Source: an uncultured virus (IMG/VR IMGVR_UViG_3300020472_000011) (Duplodnaviria > Heunggongvirae > Uroviricota > Caudoviricetes). Taken from it: 64,000 bases of DNA. The notes below the pieces were generated by a model. The model worked only from the letters and a program-made list of their open reading frames with translations, made no database searches and was not told the origin of the DNA. Both the position numbers and the translations under genes were made by a program. The stretch spans positions 1-64,000 of the IMG/VR virus record IMGVR_UViG_3300020472_000011. One strand, 5' to 3'. This document shows, piece by piece, positions 44,501 through 53,200 of this stretch; the first letter of the stretch is position 1, and every line of letters begins with the position of its first letter.

Positions 44501-46978
44501 TGATGCTCCAGTGGTGAGCCAAGGATCGATCTCGTATGTCTGACCAACAGGTATGTTTGCAACAACACCATTGAGACCAATTCTGATAATAGAAGTTGGT
44601 GATACACCAGAGATACTCTGACTTGGTGTGATCTCGGTGATAGTACCGACACCAGGTAGACTTGCATAATCTCTGTACTGATATAGATTCTCAGAAGAAT
44701 CATTGTAAGAGTAAGTTCTTCTATTCTCTGTACCAACAAGAGTAGGTAGAACACCTGTGCCTTCATAAGCAAAGGATCTAAGTACAGGTTCTGCTGTTCC
44801 CTGAGATGCCCAAAGAGTACCAAAGGCATTCCAGTTAGGTGCGAATCTAACATTAGCAACACCTCTAATTGGGAATAGAGCCTGTTTCTCATCTGGGTTG
44901 AAGGATACAGATTCAACTGCACCACCAATCTTGTAGATCTGACCTTGACCAACGTAATCAAATACACGTGAAGCTTCAGAGTATACAATACTGAATGCAC
45001 GACCTTCACCTGTGTATGGTCTGGTAACACTGTAGGTTGCCTCACCAGTAACATCAATTGGAATAAATCCATTCCACTGTGGGTTGATACGTACCCAAGT
45101 CTCTGAACGAATCTTGATCGCTGCATCGAATGTAATCTCTGCAACAAATCCTTTGGTTTGTGTTGTATGTGTATTGCTGGTATACTGGAGGCCACCAAAC
45201 GGATAATTCCAGATTGTCTGAGAGATATATCCCCAATCAATAGGTCCATTGAACCCTTCAGAAATCTGACCATAATCAAAGCTTGCACCTGGTGTAAAGT
45301 TAGATACAAGTGCGATTGTGTAGTCTGGATCTACTACCGCAACGACACCAACGTTGATCCTGACAACTGATCCTGTAGATGTACCTGAGAGGATCGTGTT
45401 TGTAGTGATCTCCTCGACAGTAGCAGTACCTGGCAACGGACCGAAGTCTGTATAACCAAATGGTAAGATAGAACTATCGTTGTAATCCCAAGTAACTCTC
45501 TCAGCGTATGCATCTCCAGTGAATACTGGGATGACACCAAATGGTTGCTCACCGTATGTTCTCTTAACGTTGGTGACTTCACCTGTGACATCAAGAACAC
45601 CAGAACCTCTCCAGTTAGGTATGAAGTTAACCTTAACGTTAGATTGTAATGGAGCAAGAGTACCAGTAGCAATGTAGTCTGTAGTGACTCTCTCTTCACC
45701 ACCACCAATTTTGTATAGGTTACCAGTACCCTCATAGGAGAATACAAATGCCTCGTCTGCTCTAGAGAAGTTGAACAGTACACCAGATCCAATTTCTCTG
45801 GTAGTAATTTTTTCTGTAAGAGTACCAGAAACAAGACTTCTGACGAATCCATTCCATCTAGGTTTGGTTCTTCCTCTACCTTTACCAAATACCTTAATGT
45901 CACCAGAACCATTCCAGTTAGGAACATAGTTCTGTTTAGCAGTACCCTTGAGTTGACCAATACCGTATGGGTATAGAGTACCAGTAATACTAAGAAGACC
46001 CCAGTCAAGGTTGGTTGTCTTACCAACAGACACTGGAGCATGTTCAATCGAGTTTGTAAACGTACCCGAATGAGGTGCAATCTGATATCCACTAGGATCT
46101 ACAGTTGCAGTTATTGTAGGATTAACTTGTACTACAGAACCAGTACTTACACCTGACAGTACTTGGTTTGTAGTAATGATTTGATAGGACTGTATCGGAA
46201 TCGTTCCGTAGTCCTCATATTCGAATGGAACAACAGCAGAATTATTATATGCGTATGTTCTTCTGTTATCTTCGCTACTAATATTAGGTAGAGTACCTGA
46301 ACCCTCAAATCCAAATGTACGCTTAATACCTGAGACTTCTCCTGAAACCTTGGCTGTACCATTTCCAACCCAGTTAGGTCTGAAGGAAACCCCTGCGTTA
46401 CTCTTGAATCTGAATAGTCCTTTGGACTCAATTGAAATACTTCTAGTAACTGCACCAGCACCAAGCTTGTACAGTTCACCATCACCAGATTCTTTCTTAG
46501 AGAAAGCTTCCGTTGTGAGGGACTGGATCCCAAACAGCCCATCGAATTCGAGGTCTGGAACCCAGTGTGTAACCGCACTACCTGATACTCGTACCGTACC
46601 CTGAACGATCCAAGGAGCAGACAGACGATAGTAGGTATTGCCCATCTCGAAGACAGTACCTGTACCAACCCATGCATGTAGGACTGTCCACTGTGTAGCA
46701 GTCTTCGGTCTGATGAAACCGTAAGGTCTAACAGTATCCGTGTAAATTATTCTACCCCAATCATCAACCGTAACAGCTTCTACGTCGTTGATAGATCCAC
46801 CGTCTACGATGGTTGTGGGTGTTAATGCTAATGAATTTAAACCGTAGTCAAGTTGTATAAACGGTTCAATAGATGAAGGATTCCATGTATATGATGCTTT
46901 CTCTCCACTAAAAATACGCAGCGCAAAACTAGACCCATAAGGTCCGCCTATACCAGTTGTATAGATGTGCGTTGCCAT
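41525..46978 (-). CDS. Large repetitive virion structural protein (1817 aa)
   Basis: GGAGGG SD before ATG; many degenerate repeats (F.PNW.G.G; GEGRIF.ISGA.ES.TF.P; LTFAEQP; RRTY.YN.SS; DYG); located among fibre genes. Confidence 0.82.
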   Translation of the reverse strand: MATHIYTTGIGGPYGSSFALRIFSGEKASYTWNPSSIEPFIQLDYGLNSLALTPTTIVDGGSINDVEAVTVDDWGRIIYTDTVRPYGFIRPKTATQWTVLHAWVGTGTVFEMGNTYYRLSAPWIVQGTVRVSGSAVTHWVPDLEFDGLFGIQSLTTEAFSKKESGDGELYKLGAGAVTRSISIESKGLFRFKSNAGVSFRPNWVGNGTAKVSGEVSGIKRTFGFEGSGTLPNISSEDNRRTYAYNNSAVVPFEYEDYGTIPIQSYQIITTNQVLSGVSTGSVVQVNPTITATVDPSGYQIAPHSGTFTNSIEHAPVSVGKTTNLDWGLLSITGTLYPYGIGQLKGTAKQNYVPNWNGSGDIKVFGKGRGRTKPRWNGFVRSLVSGTLTEKITTREIGSGVLFNFSRADEAFVFSYEGTGNLYKIGGGEERVTTDYIATGTLAPLQSNVKVNFIPNWRGSGVLDVTGEVTNVKRTYGEQPFGVIPVFTGDAYAERVTWDYNDSSILPFGYTDFGPLPGTATVEEITTNTILSGTSTGSVVRINVGVVAVVDPDYTIALVSNFTPGASFDYGQISEGFNGPIDWGYISQTIWNYPFGGLQYTSNTHTTQTKGFVAEITFDAAIKIRSETWVRINPQWNGFIPIDVTGEATYSVTRPYTGEGRAFSIVYSEASRVFDYVGQGQIYKIGGAVESVSFNPDEKQALFPIRGVANVRFAPNWNAFGTLWASQGTAEPVLRSFAYEGTGVLPTLVGTENRRTYSYNDSSENLYQYRDYASLPGVGTITEITPSQSISGVSPTSIIRIGLNGVVANIPVGQTYEIDPWLTTGASTVHDCGSITDTGATVREDYGFTSTISSIRTKVSEYPFGKLVSFVSLSAPSQTKIFISDAIPWEHAIKIRSDSEVRVPPQWVTNEPTLWSWSGAAECTVVIPPTTPPLFKFAGGYTDLKFITAESGSAHMEVSGTCQEAIVSDNYRFVTIDVSGNAAENFSLHFHGFGNLYSIGRSAEAITIDIPAFQADLTFGGFGSQKFTASEQFTVDIDLSGTAIESQTDDWVGQSQTEIFNVSVVPLITKHWTGEGRIFNFSGAVEAVTFNPLELGALFDILGRLDESRAIAIAGLVHTEVRGTASPAKLTFAEQPFGRTEVYGQADILRTHAYTGDGQVFSVGGAAESITLKLPEFTADAVLKGAVTQSFTFGGIIGSGVFTVSGEIADPLLTFAEQPLGDIYLSGDAVVVNVDIHFGVGGLFSIGAANEAITLKIPAFTADIQFGTEFASIRAAYREIGQTEILFSGEVSEPILTFAEQPTVEVDLYGVGVSSKTKVWTGEGRIFAISGAAESITFVLPEFQADMVFKGFGSFKQTFSERFTIESKLSGTARIKYVPNWIGSGTATIDVTSTFSRTRDFIGEGRIFNISGASESVTFNPEERQLLFSIGGTRTAETVAFSPDEVPVPLDITGNAFERFTPNNIGSGTIYVDVDTSERITKDFVGEGRIFNISGASESFTVNPDETTALFSIGGLSSQKTTKREVLFGTLFAFSGASESVGVAPLADGLFTFKGRAEEATTYAEVGFGDLFNFVSSIERRTFDWTSQIDLGVSGIADEKHTEAYSGFGNLYNFSGAAETITFSPELYGVVHVFGVADTPRTRVTVGTGSFFTWNNASESRTIAVENVAIFDFLGVARQAVARNIVTDVTVEVRGSGAESFTRKGYVGEGSAQFSGESASSITTTHDGSGRIDVFEEDNVPVIVKAFVGSGRIPSLASAEVLRTFSYDGHCPIEIDITTKVIAPYQRFVSEGGVILHVGDAETRRIQVAPPRSYGWII
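41664..44690 (-). other. Region almost free of stop-codon triplets in all three coding-strand frames (overlapping long ORFs in +1 and -1 frames)
   Basis: Plus strand lacks TTA/CTA/TCA except at 42231, 42246, 42255 and 44455; ORF track shows 978-aa (41509-44445) and 755-aa (42255-44522) same-strand overlapping ORFs. Confidence 0.9.
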
Positions 46979-46995
46979 TTACCCTCCACTAAAAT

Positions 46996-47023
46996 AAAAA
47001 GGGGATCCAATACTGAATCCCCT
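46996..47023 (-). terminator. Intrinsic terminator after the 462-aa structural gene
   Basis: Minus strand GGGGATTCA-GTAT-TGGATCCCC-TTTTTATTTT. Confidence 0.85.
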
Positions 47024-47053
47024 CACACATAATAATGAAATCAATTGAATTAA

Positions 47054-48442
47054 TCAGTCTAGGCTGACGTTCAGTGTTACTTTGATTTGGTCACCAGCGT
47101 TTTGAATAGCGTAAGGACCATTTGTGAACCTTTCAGCGAAGAATATCGCATCATAGAGTGTCACAGAACCTGTTCCATCAAGTGCTTTAGTAGTCGTGAA
47201 GGTGTTTGCATCAGGTGTCTCAAATACAATGTAAGTACCAGCAGTAGTTGTGGTATTACCTGTTCCCTGATCAACATAAACTGCATCGCCTGGTTCTAGA
47301 CCATGACCTGTAGCAGTTACTTTACTGAAGTCAAACTTAACAACGTCATTACCGTTAGAAGTTTGAATGTTCTCAATAAGAACGTTATTGAGGTATATAG
47401 TTACTGTTCCGTCTGTATCATCTGTCTCGTAATCGATACCAGTGATAACTGTAGCAGCATCGATACCGTTAGGTGTAGTTGTCTGAGAAACTCTCATTCC
47501 AAGAGCAAGATCCTCAGCAACGTTTGCTTGGAATACCAAGTCGCCACTAACAGCACCACCGTTTGCTTTACTTAGATAAACTGTAGTACCAACGATTCCA
47601 GTAACACGTGCTCCCTGAGCAACGTTAGTTCCTGTAACACGCTGATCAACAGCAATTCCAGTTGTAGATGTAACAACAACTTCAAACTCACCAGCAGTAC
47701 CAGTAGAAGCAGTAGTTGAAGCAACAGCAGCAAGAGTAATATAGTTGTTTCCGATAGTACCACGAACACCAGACTTAGAAATCTGTGTACCAGCAGCAGC
47801 AGTACCAGCATCAGCTACACCATGAATGGTTGTAGGCATGTTGTTAGCACGTGAGAGGAAATAACCGTATACGTTACCAGCAGGACCATCAAAGGTAAAT
47901 GTTTGTTCTGGATAAGAAGCAGTTGTACGTCCTCTACCAAAACTCAATGGTTGTGCAGTGAAGTTACCAGTGTTCTTAACACTTAAGTTAAGTGTAGTAC
48001 CATCAATGTCAACAACGTATGCACCAGTGCCGACAGAACCACCAGTAACATAGTCACCTTTTTTAATACCTGTGTTAGAAGCAACCGTAACTAGGTATGT
48101 TCCAGATGTACCATCACCATTAGTTGTTGTAACAGCAGTTGGTTCAGTCTCAATTCCCCAACGGTTACCGTTCAATAAGATACCATATTGCTGTGCATAA
48201 TCCTGATCAGTTCTATTGTTAATGATTCCAGGATAACCTGTAGTAGGTCCTGAACCGTAACCGTTAGTATTGTTTTCGGTATATGGTTCGAAATATCTTG
48301 TTTGAGAGGGAGTATCACTCTCAGCAGGATATGTATCTGTTGTGAACAACTTAAGAATAAGGTTCCTAGGGATATTCTGCGAATAGTTTAGCAGATTCCT
48401 TAGAGAATCAATCTCGCCGTTGTCGGTGACTAAGAGTGCCAT
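47054..48442 (-). CDS. Virion structural protein
   Basis: 462 aa, Thr/Gly-rich; LILKLF, TASYPEQTFTF...VYGY, FAERFTNGPY..QN.GDQIKVTL; own late promoters and terminator. Confidence 0.75.
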   Translation of the reverse strand: MALLVTDNGEIDSLRNLLNYSQNIPRNLILKLFTTDTYPAESDTPSQTRYFEPYTENNTNGYGSGPTTGYPGIINNRTDQDYAQQYGILLNGNRWGIETEPTAVTTTNGDGTSGTYLVTVASNTGIKKGDYVTGGSVGTGAYVVDIDGTTLNLSVKNTGNFTAQPLSFGRGRTTASYPEQTFTFDGPAGNVYGYFLSRANNMPTTIHGVADAGTAAAGTQISKSGVRGTIGNNYITLAAVASTTASTGTAGEFEVVVTSTTGIAVDQRVTGTNVAQGARVTGIVGTTVYLSKANGGAVSGDLVFQANVAEDLALGMRVSQTTTPNGIDAATVITGIDYETDDTDGTVTIYLNNVLIENIQTSNGNDVVKFDFSKVTATGHGLEPGDAVYVDQGTGNTTTTAGTYIVFETPDANTFTTTKALDGTGSVTLYDAIFFAERFTNGPYAIQNAGDQIKVTLNVSLD

Positions 48443-48479
48443 TGTTTTCCTCTGTCCTAATTACGTTGCTATGTATGAT

Positions 48480-48504
48480 TATTTATAACCACCAATTATT
48501 TATA
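48480..48504 (-). promoter_or_regulatory. Tandem T4-type late promoters
   Basis: Two exact TATAAATA copies at 48480-48487 and 48497-48504. Confidence 0.8.
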
Positions 48505-49219
48505 ATTTTATCCTCAACGCAACACTAGCCTTACTTATGTTCAGGACGTGGTTTACGTTAAATCTAAAAATGTCACCAGCATTAACTGTGGTGTTCCAAG
48601 TCGAAAGATTATCATCTTTCGATTTAATTTCTGTACTGGTATTTAGAATACCTAGTTTGGGTGTTTCTGTTCCTGTTATCGAAGTGAAATTCGGATAGTC
48701 ATTATAAGAACACTTCAATATATCTATCTCGATATTACCTGCGACATCTGCCACTATAACAAATGATTCAATCGTACCAGTAACATCGACTGCCATATCA
48801 CCTTTCGGGCCAATTGCCATTGGGAATGATCCAGCATCAATAACAAAGTTTAAAGTTCTGGTTAAATCTGCCGTAGTAACTAAGGCAACACCAGAAAATT
48901 TTTGACCAGCAGTAGGTGGAGTAGTAAAAACAATCTGATCATTAGAAACAATGTAGTCTGTATTTGGTTTAAGAACTACATCGTTAATAGAGATCAATAA
49001 TTGTTGTTCATCTATTGGTGTGTATGGAGATCCATTAACAGAAAGACTGAATTGATCTTGTACACCATCAAATCCACCTGATATATCATCAAGTATTAGG
49101 TTTGTATACTGTGTAGACTTGGTTGGAATTTGATAATTAACATCCAAGTTATACGCAGGGTTCTCTCTCAGAGCAACACTATGTTGCTGAGATCCAACTC
49201 TAACGGTATACTCTGCCAT
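48500..49219 (-). CDS. Virion structural protein (baseplate/tail-associated)
   Basis: LDDISGGFDG...F.L, QLLISINDVVLKP..DY......I.FTTPP. Confidence 0.7.
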   Translation of the reverse strand: MAEYTVRVGSQQHSVALRENPAYNLDVNYQIPTKSTQYTNLILDDISGGFDGVQDQFSLSVNGSPYTPIDEQQLLISINDVVLKPNTDYIVSNDQIVFTTPPTAGQKFSGVALVTTADLTRTLNFVIDAGSFPMAIGPKGDMAVDVTGTIESFVIVADVAGNIEIDILKCSYNDYPNFTSITGTETPKLGILNTSTEIKSKDDNLSTWNTTVNAGDIFRFNVNHVLNISKASVALRIKL

Positions 49220-49554
49220 TAGGATGATACTCCAGGATTAACTTCAACTAATCCTTCAATAACTCTTGTCTTATATCCAGTTGGAGCAGTCAAGAGAATG
49301 TCATAAACATATCTTCTACGATCTAAAGCACCTGTTTCTGTACCATTCATTGATATGCCAATCTCACCTGCTGTTCTGTTAACAAACACCAAAGGTACAG
49401 ACACACTGGTAGAACTGGTATAGCTTGTTTTGAAACTAGCTTCACCAGTATACCCTGTCATGTTAAGTGAAGTACCATCTTTATTAGTGATAAAGAAAGT
49501 CACGTCGAAGTTAGCATGACGGTCAACGACTATATTTACAGGTATCGCTGCCAT
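49219..49554 (-). CDS. Small virion structural protein (baseplate-associated type)
   Basis: NMTGYT......SY.S, G.I.ISM...ET..L..RRYVYDI.L......TRVIEG.V.V.PGV. Confidence 0.7.
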   Translation of the reverse strand: MAAIPVNIVVDRHANFDVTFFITNKDGTSLNMTGYTGEASFKTSYTSSTSVSVPLVFVNRTAGEIGISMNGTETGALDRRRYVYDILLTAPTGYKTRVIEGLVEVNPGVSS

Positions 49555-49572
49555 TAGATTCTAGAAGTTACT

Positions 49573-49788
49573 TTATTTAGTTGGTTTTTTAGGCGGTAGT
49601 GGTTTTCCACCATTGGCCGCAAGTTCATCTGGATCAGGAGATTCTAGAAGATCTAATGTCTCTAATCCACCAATAATTTTAATCCTATATTCTTTCAACT
49701 CAGTCAGACTCTTTTCCTGTGTGGTGATTTTAGTTTCTGTCTCACCCAGTTGTCTTGTGAGTTCAGCTCTTATTTTACTTGCTTCCAT
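49573..49788 (-). CDS. Small coiled-coil hypothetical protein
   Basis: 71-aa heptad-like ORF (KEYRIKIIGGLETLDLL). Confidence 0.65.
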   Translation of the reverse strand: MEASKIRAELTRQLGETETKITTQEKSLTELKEYRIKIIGGLETLDLLESPDPDELAANGGKPLPPKKPTK

Positions 49789-49809
49789 AACAAATCATTA
49801 AAATATTAT

Positions 49810-50223
49810 TTATGTTGGCTCTGTGGGCCATGTCACATCAGTAAGTCCAGTAGTAGTGGTTGATATATCAGTATTAGCAGGAAGATCTCTCAATTCCTGT
49901 CTATATGTTTGCCACTTAGTTTTAAGTGCATCTGGCACATCACCTTGTTGTGTCCAATCAGTTGTGTTCAACAATGCATTTCTTTGTGCTCTTAGATTAT
50001 CAAACTTCTCTTCATCAGTTAGAACTCTAAGTAATTTTTGAGTTGTGAAACTAGTACCATCATGCTCATCACCAATATCGACAATGGCATTTTGTTCTAC
50101 TTCTACTTTAGTCTGACCAGCAGGAGCAGGCCAGTCAACAGGTGCTTTGACTATGTTGACTACCTTCCCACCTTCAATTAATGCATATCGTTTTGCATTA
50201 GGATCTGTTAAATCGTTAATCAT
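49810..50223 (-). CDS. Tail fibre assembly chaperone
   Basis: LRAQRNALLNTTDWTQ..DVP.....WQTYRQELRDLP...WPTEP; start placed at MINDL, just after the fibre stop. Confidence 0.85.
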   Translation of the reverse strand: MINDLTDPNAKRYALIEGGKVVNIVKAPVDWPAPAGQTKVEVEQNAIVDIGDEHDGTSFTTQKLLRVLTDEEKFDNLRAQRNALLNTTDWTQQGDVPDALKTKWQTYRQELRDLPANTDISTTTTGLTDVTWPTEPT

Positions 50224-50224
50224 T

Positions 50225-53200
50225 TTAGAATTCGTAAATTGTACATATACCATCTATGGCAGTGCCACCCTGAGCCCAGTTAGTATTATTACTAGCAGCA
50301 CCAGAAGCACCACGACCCCAGTTGGAACCACCTGATGCAGGAGATACTGGGAATCCAGGTCTTCCACCTTTACAAGTGCTACTTCCTTCTACAGCATGTC
50401 CATTGGATCCATCCATACCACGCATAACAGCAGTAGTATCACCATCGTAGGTAACCCAAGTACCATTACCTGGACCACCACCATCACCACAGACAGTGCT
50501 TATTCCATGGAAGATACTACCATTACCACCATCAGCAGATAGGGAAGGTCCAGTTCCTCCTGATCCTGTACTGAAGGTGCTACCGCCTCCAGCACCACCA
50601 TTACTTATACCAGATGCAGGACTAGATCCAGCAGAACCGATACTCCAACTCATTGTTCCAGTACCCATTTCTGCTTTACTATAGAACCACATGACTGAAC
50701 CAGCACCTCCACCGCCACCAGTGGCAACACCTTGAGTTGAAGTTCCTAGAGCAACACCTGCTCCTCCACCTCCTCCAACAACAATAACCAACCAACCATT
50801 AGCATTACTGTTAATGGATAGTGTACCAGATGATGCAGATTGATGAACTCTGTACACACCTGCTGAACCACTACTAGCAGATCCAGCAGTAATGCTGGTT
50901 ACTCTACCATAAGTATCAACAGTCACACTTGTTGGTGATGAATATGATCCAGCTGAAACTACACCAGAAGATAGACTTAGTGATCCCGAAGTTGTTATAG
51001 TACCAGTTAATCCTGTACCACCTGTAACCTGAGTAACAGTTCCACTACCAATAGTAACTGTTTGATTAGTCCACTTCGAACCATTCCATCTTAAGAACTG
51101 ATTATTTGAAGGTGATCCTGATATATTTACATCATCAAGATCTCCAAGAACCGCATTAGATACAGAAGGAGCATTAATCCAATTTAATCCACTACCAGTA
51201 CTTGAAAGTATCTGACCAGAAGTACCCTTATCACCTTGAGCATCTTTTATTACACCATTAATCTCTATGCCATCGGCATGTGTTTTTAATTTCCACGTTC
51301 CAGCATGATATAAATCAACACTAGCACCATCATTACAGAAGACATAATTGGTTCCAATCATATCTGCTATCTTTATGTTGCCATATGCTTGAAGATGCAT
51401 CTCTTGACCATCAGCAGCATTCTGTATAGCATAGGTTCCAAATTGGTTCCTTAGACAAGTAGAAGATCCATTATGGAATGCCTCCCAGTCACCACCAGCT
51501 CCAATCTTAATAGCAGGGTTAGTACCAGTTGTAGTACTATCAAATGGAATAGCGAGTTGACCAGTAAGTGTTAATATATCACTTGATTTATTCCACGTGA
51601 GTGCAGAATCACCTTCAAGAGCATCACCATCATTAAATTGTACTTGAGTGTTACTTCCACCAGCACCAGCACCACTAGCATCCGCTTGGTTAGTCCACTT
51701 GCTAGTAGATTGATCCCATTTGATTACTTGACCAGCAGAAGGGGAACCAGTAATAACAACATCAGATAGATCTGCAAGAACTGTTGTAGTATCTAAGAAA
51801 TCACTTAAATCTGGTGGAGTATATGTGAATACACCGTTTGTATTATTATATGAAATAGAACCATCACCAGATGCTGTTCCTTCACTACCTACAGAAAGTG
51901 AACTTAATGTTAGAGCATTTGACCATGCTACACCTGTTACTGTAGAAGTTAGAACCTGACCAGATGAACCTGTGTTAGTACCATCATTGATAGTAGCACT
52001 AGACAAATCTAGTTTTGATGCAACTTTAACACCATTAGCATCATTAATGGTTAATTGAGTACTTCCTGTTCTGTTTTTAACTACAACCTTACCACTAGCA
52101 CCACTACCATACAGGATGTTTAAACCATTAGCACTAGCATCATCTATAAATGATGTACCACCAGATGCTGTAGTATGACTAATATACAATCTAGGTGCAT
52201 ATGATCCACTGTCTCCACCGAAACAAGCACCACCAGTATAGAAATCTACATTTGCAGTTTGGCAATCTAAATTACCACCTAACTGTGGAGAAGTATCTTC
52301 TACAACATTATCAAGACCACCTGTTGCAACAGTTCCATTTATCCAAGCTGTACCACTCCATTTCAATACTGAATTAATTGCTGGTGATCCTGTTATAGTT
52401 ACATCATCAAGTTCTCCCATAGAGAGACCAGTTATGTAACTACTAAGATCTGGAGGAGTATATGTGAATACACCATTTGTGTTGTTGTATGCAAGTCCAC
52501 CACCACCTGAAGCAGTAGCATTAGAACCAATAGAGAATACTGTTAGGTCTGTACTTACAGAAGAAAGATCAGGAGGAGTGTATGAGAACACACCAGTGCC
52601 ATTATTATATGATAATGCTGATGTACCTGCTGCGTTAGTTGTTACAGAAAGATCTGTTAATGATATACCAGAACCACCTGTTGCTGTTTGGTCAGCAGCA
52701 GCAATCCATTTAGATGTACCAGCATCCCATTTCAATACGTGTCCATCAGTAGGGGTTCCAGCATTAACGTCAGCAAGATCGTTGAGGTTCTCAGAAGTAA
52801 TGTCTATTGAAGTTAGATATGTACTACTATCAACAGAACCATCTGCTTTTAAGAATTGTGATGATGTTCCACTTGTCTTGACAAATTTGTTACCAGTTAT
52901 ATCACCAGTAGATCCACTAATAGATGCTCTCCATACGTTAGTAGCGAGGTTACCAATATAAAGTCCAACACCATCAGCAGTATTGATTCCAACACCAGCA
53001 CTAGCATTTAAACTGATAGCATAAGCTCCAGCATTTTGTACATCTAAACGAGCAGCACCAGTACCACCAGTAAAGATAGTTGTTGCAACATTCGTTGTTG
53101 ATCCATTGGTTGTAACATCCTGAAGATCTGCTGTCTCAGTATATCCAGTTAGATACCCAGATAGATCTGGAGGTGAGTATGTTAGTACACCTGTACTATC

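Noticed and set aside
42255..44522. 755-aa -1-frame ORF as a standalone protein
   Set aside because: TTG start, Arg/Trp/Cys/Tyr-rich shadow composition and no recognisable motif. Its openness is reported as a finding, but I cannot support it as a CDS.
44455..46677. Further +1-frame ORFs (284, 252 and 176 aa) in the 5' half of the 1817-aa gene
   Set aside because: Can be explained by NTA codon avoidance alone; the -1 frame has normal stop density here. Not called as genes.
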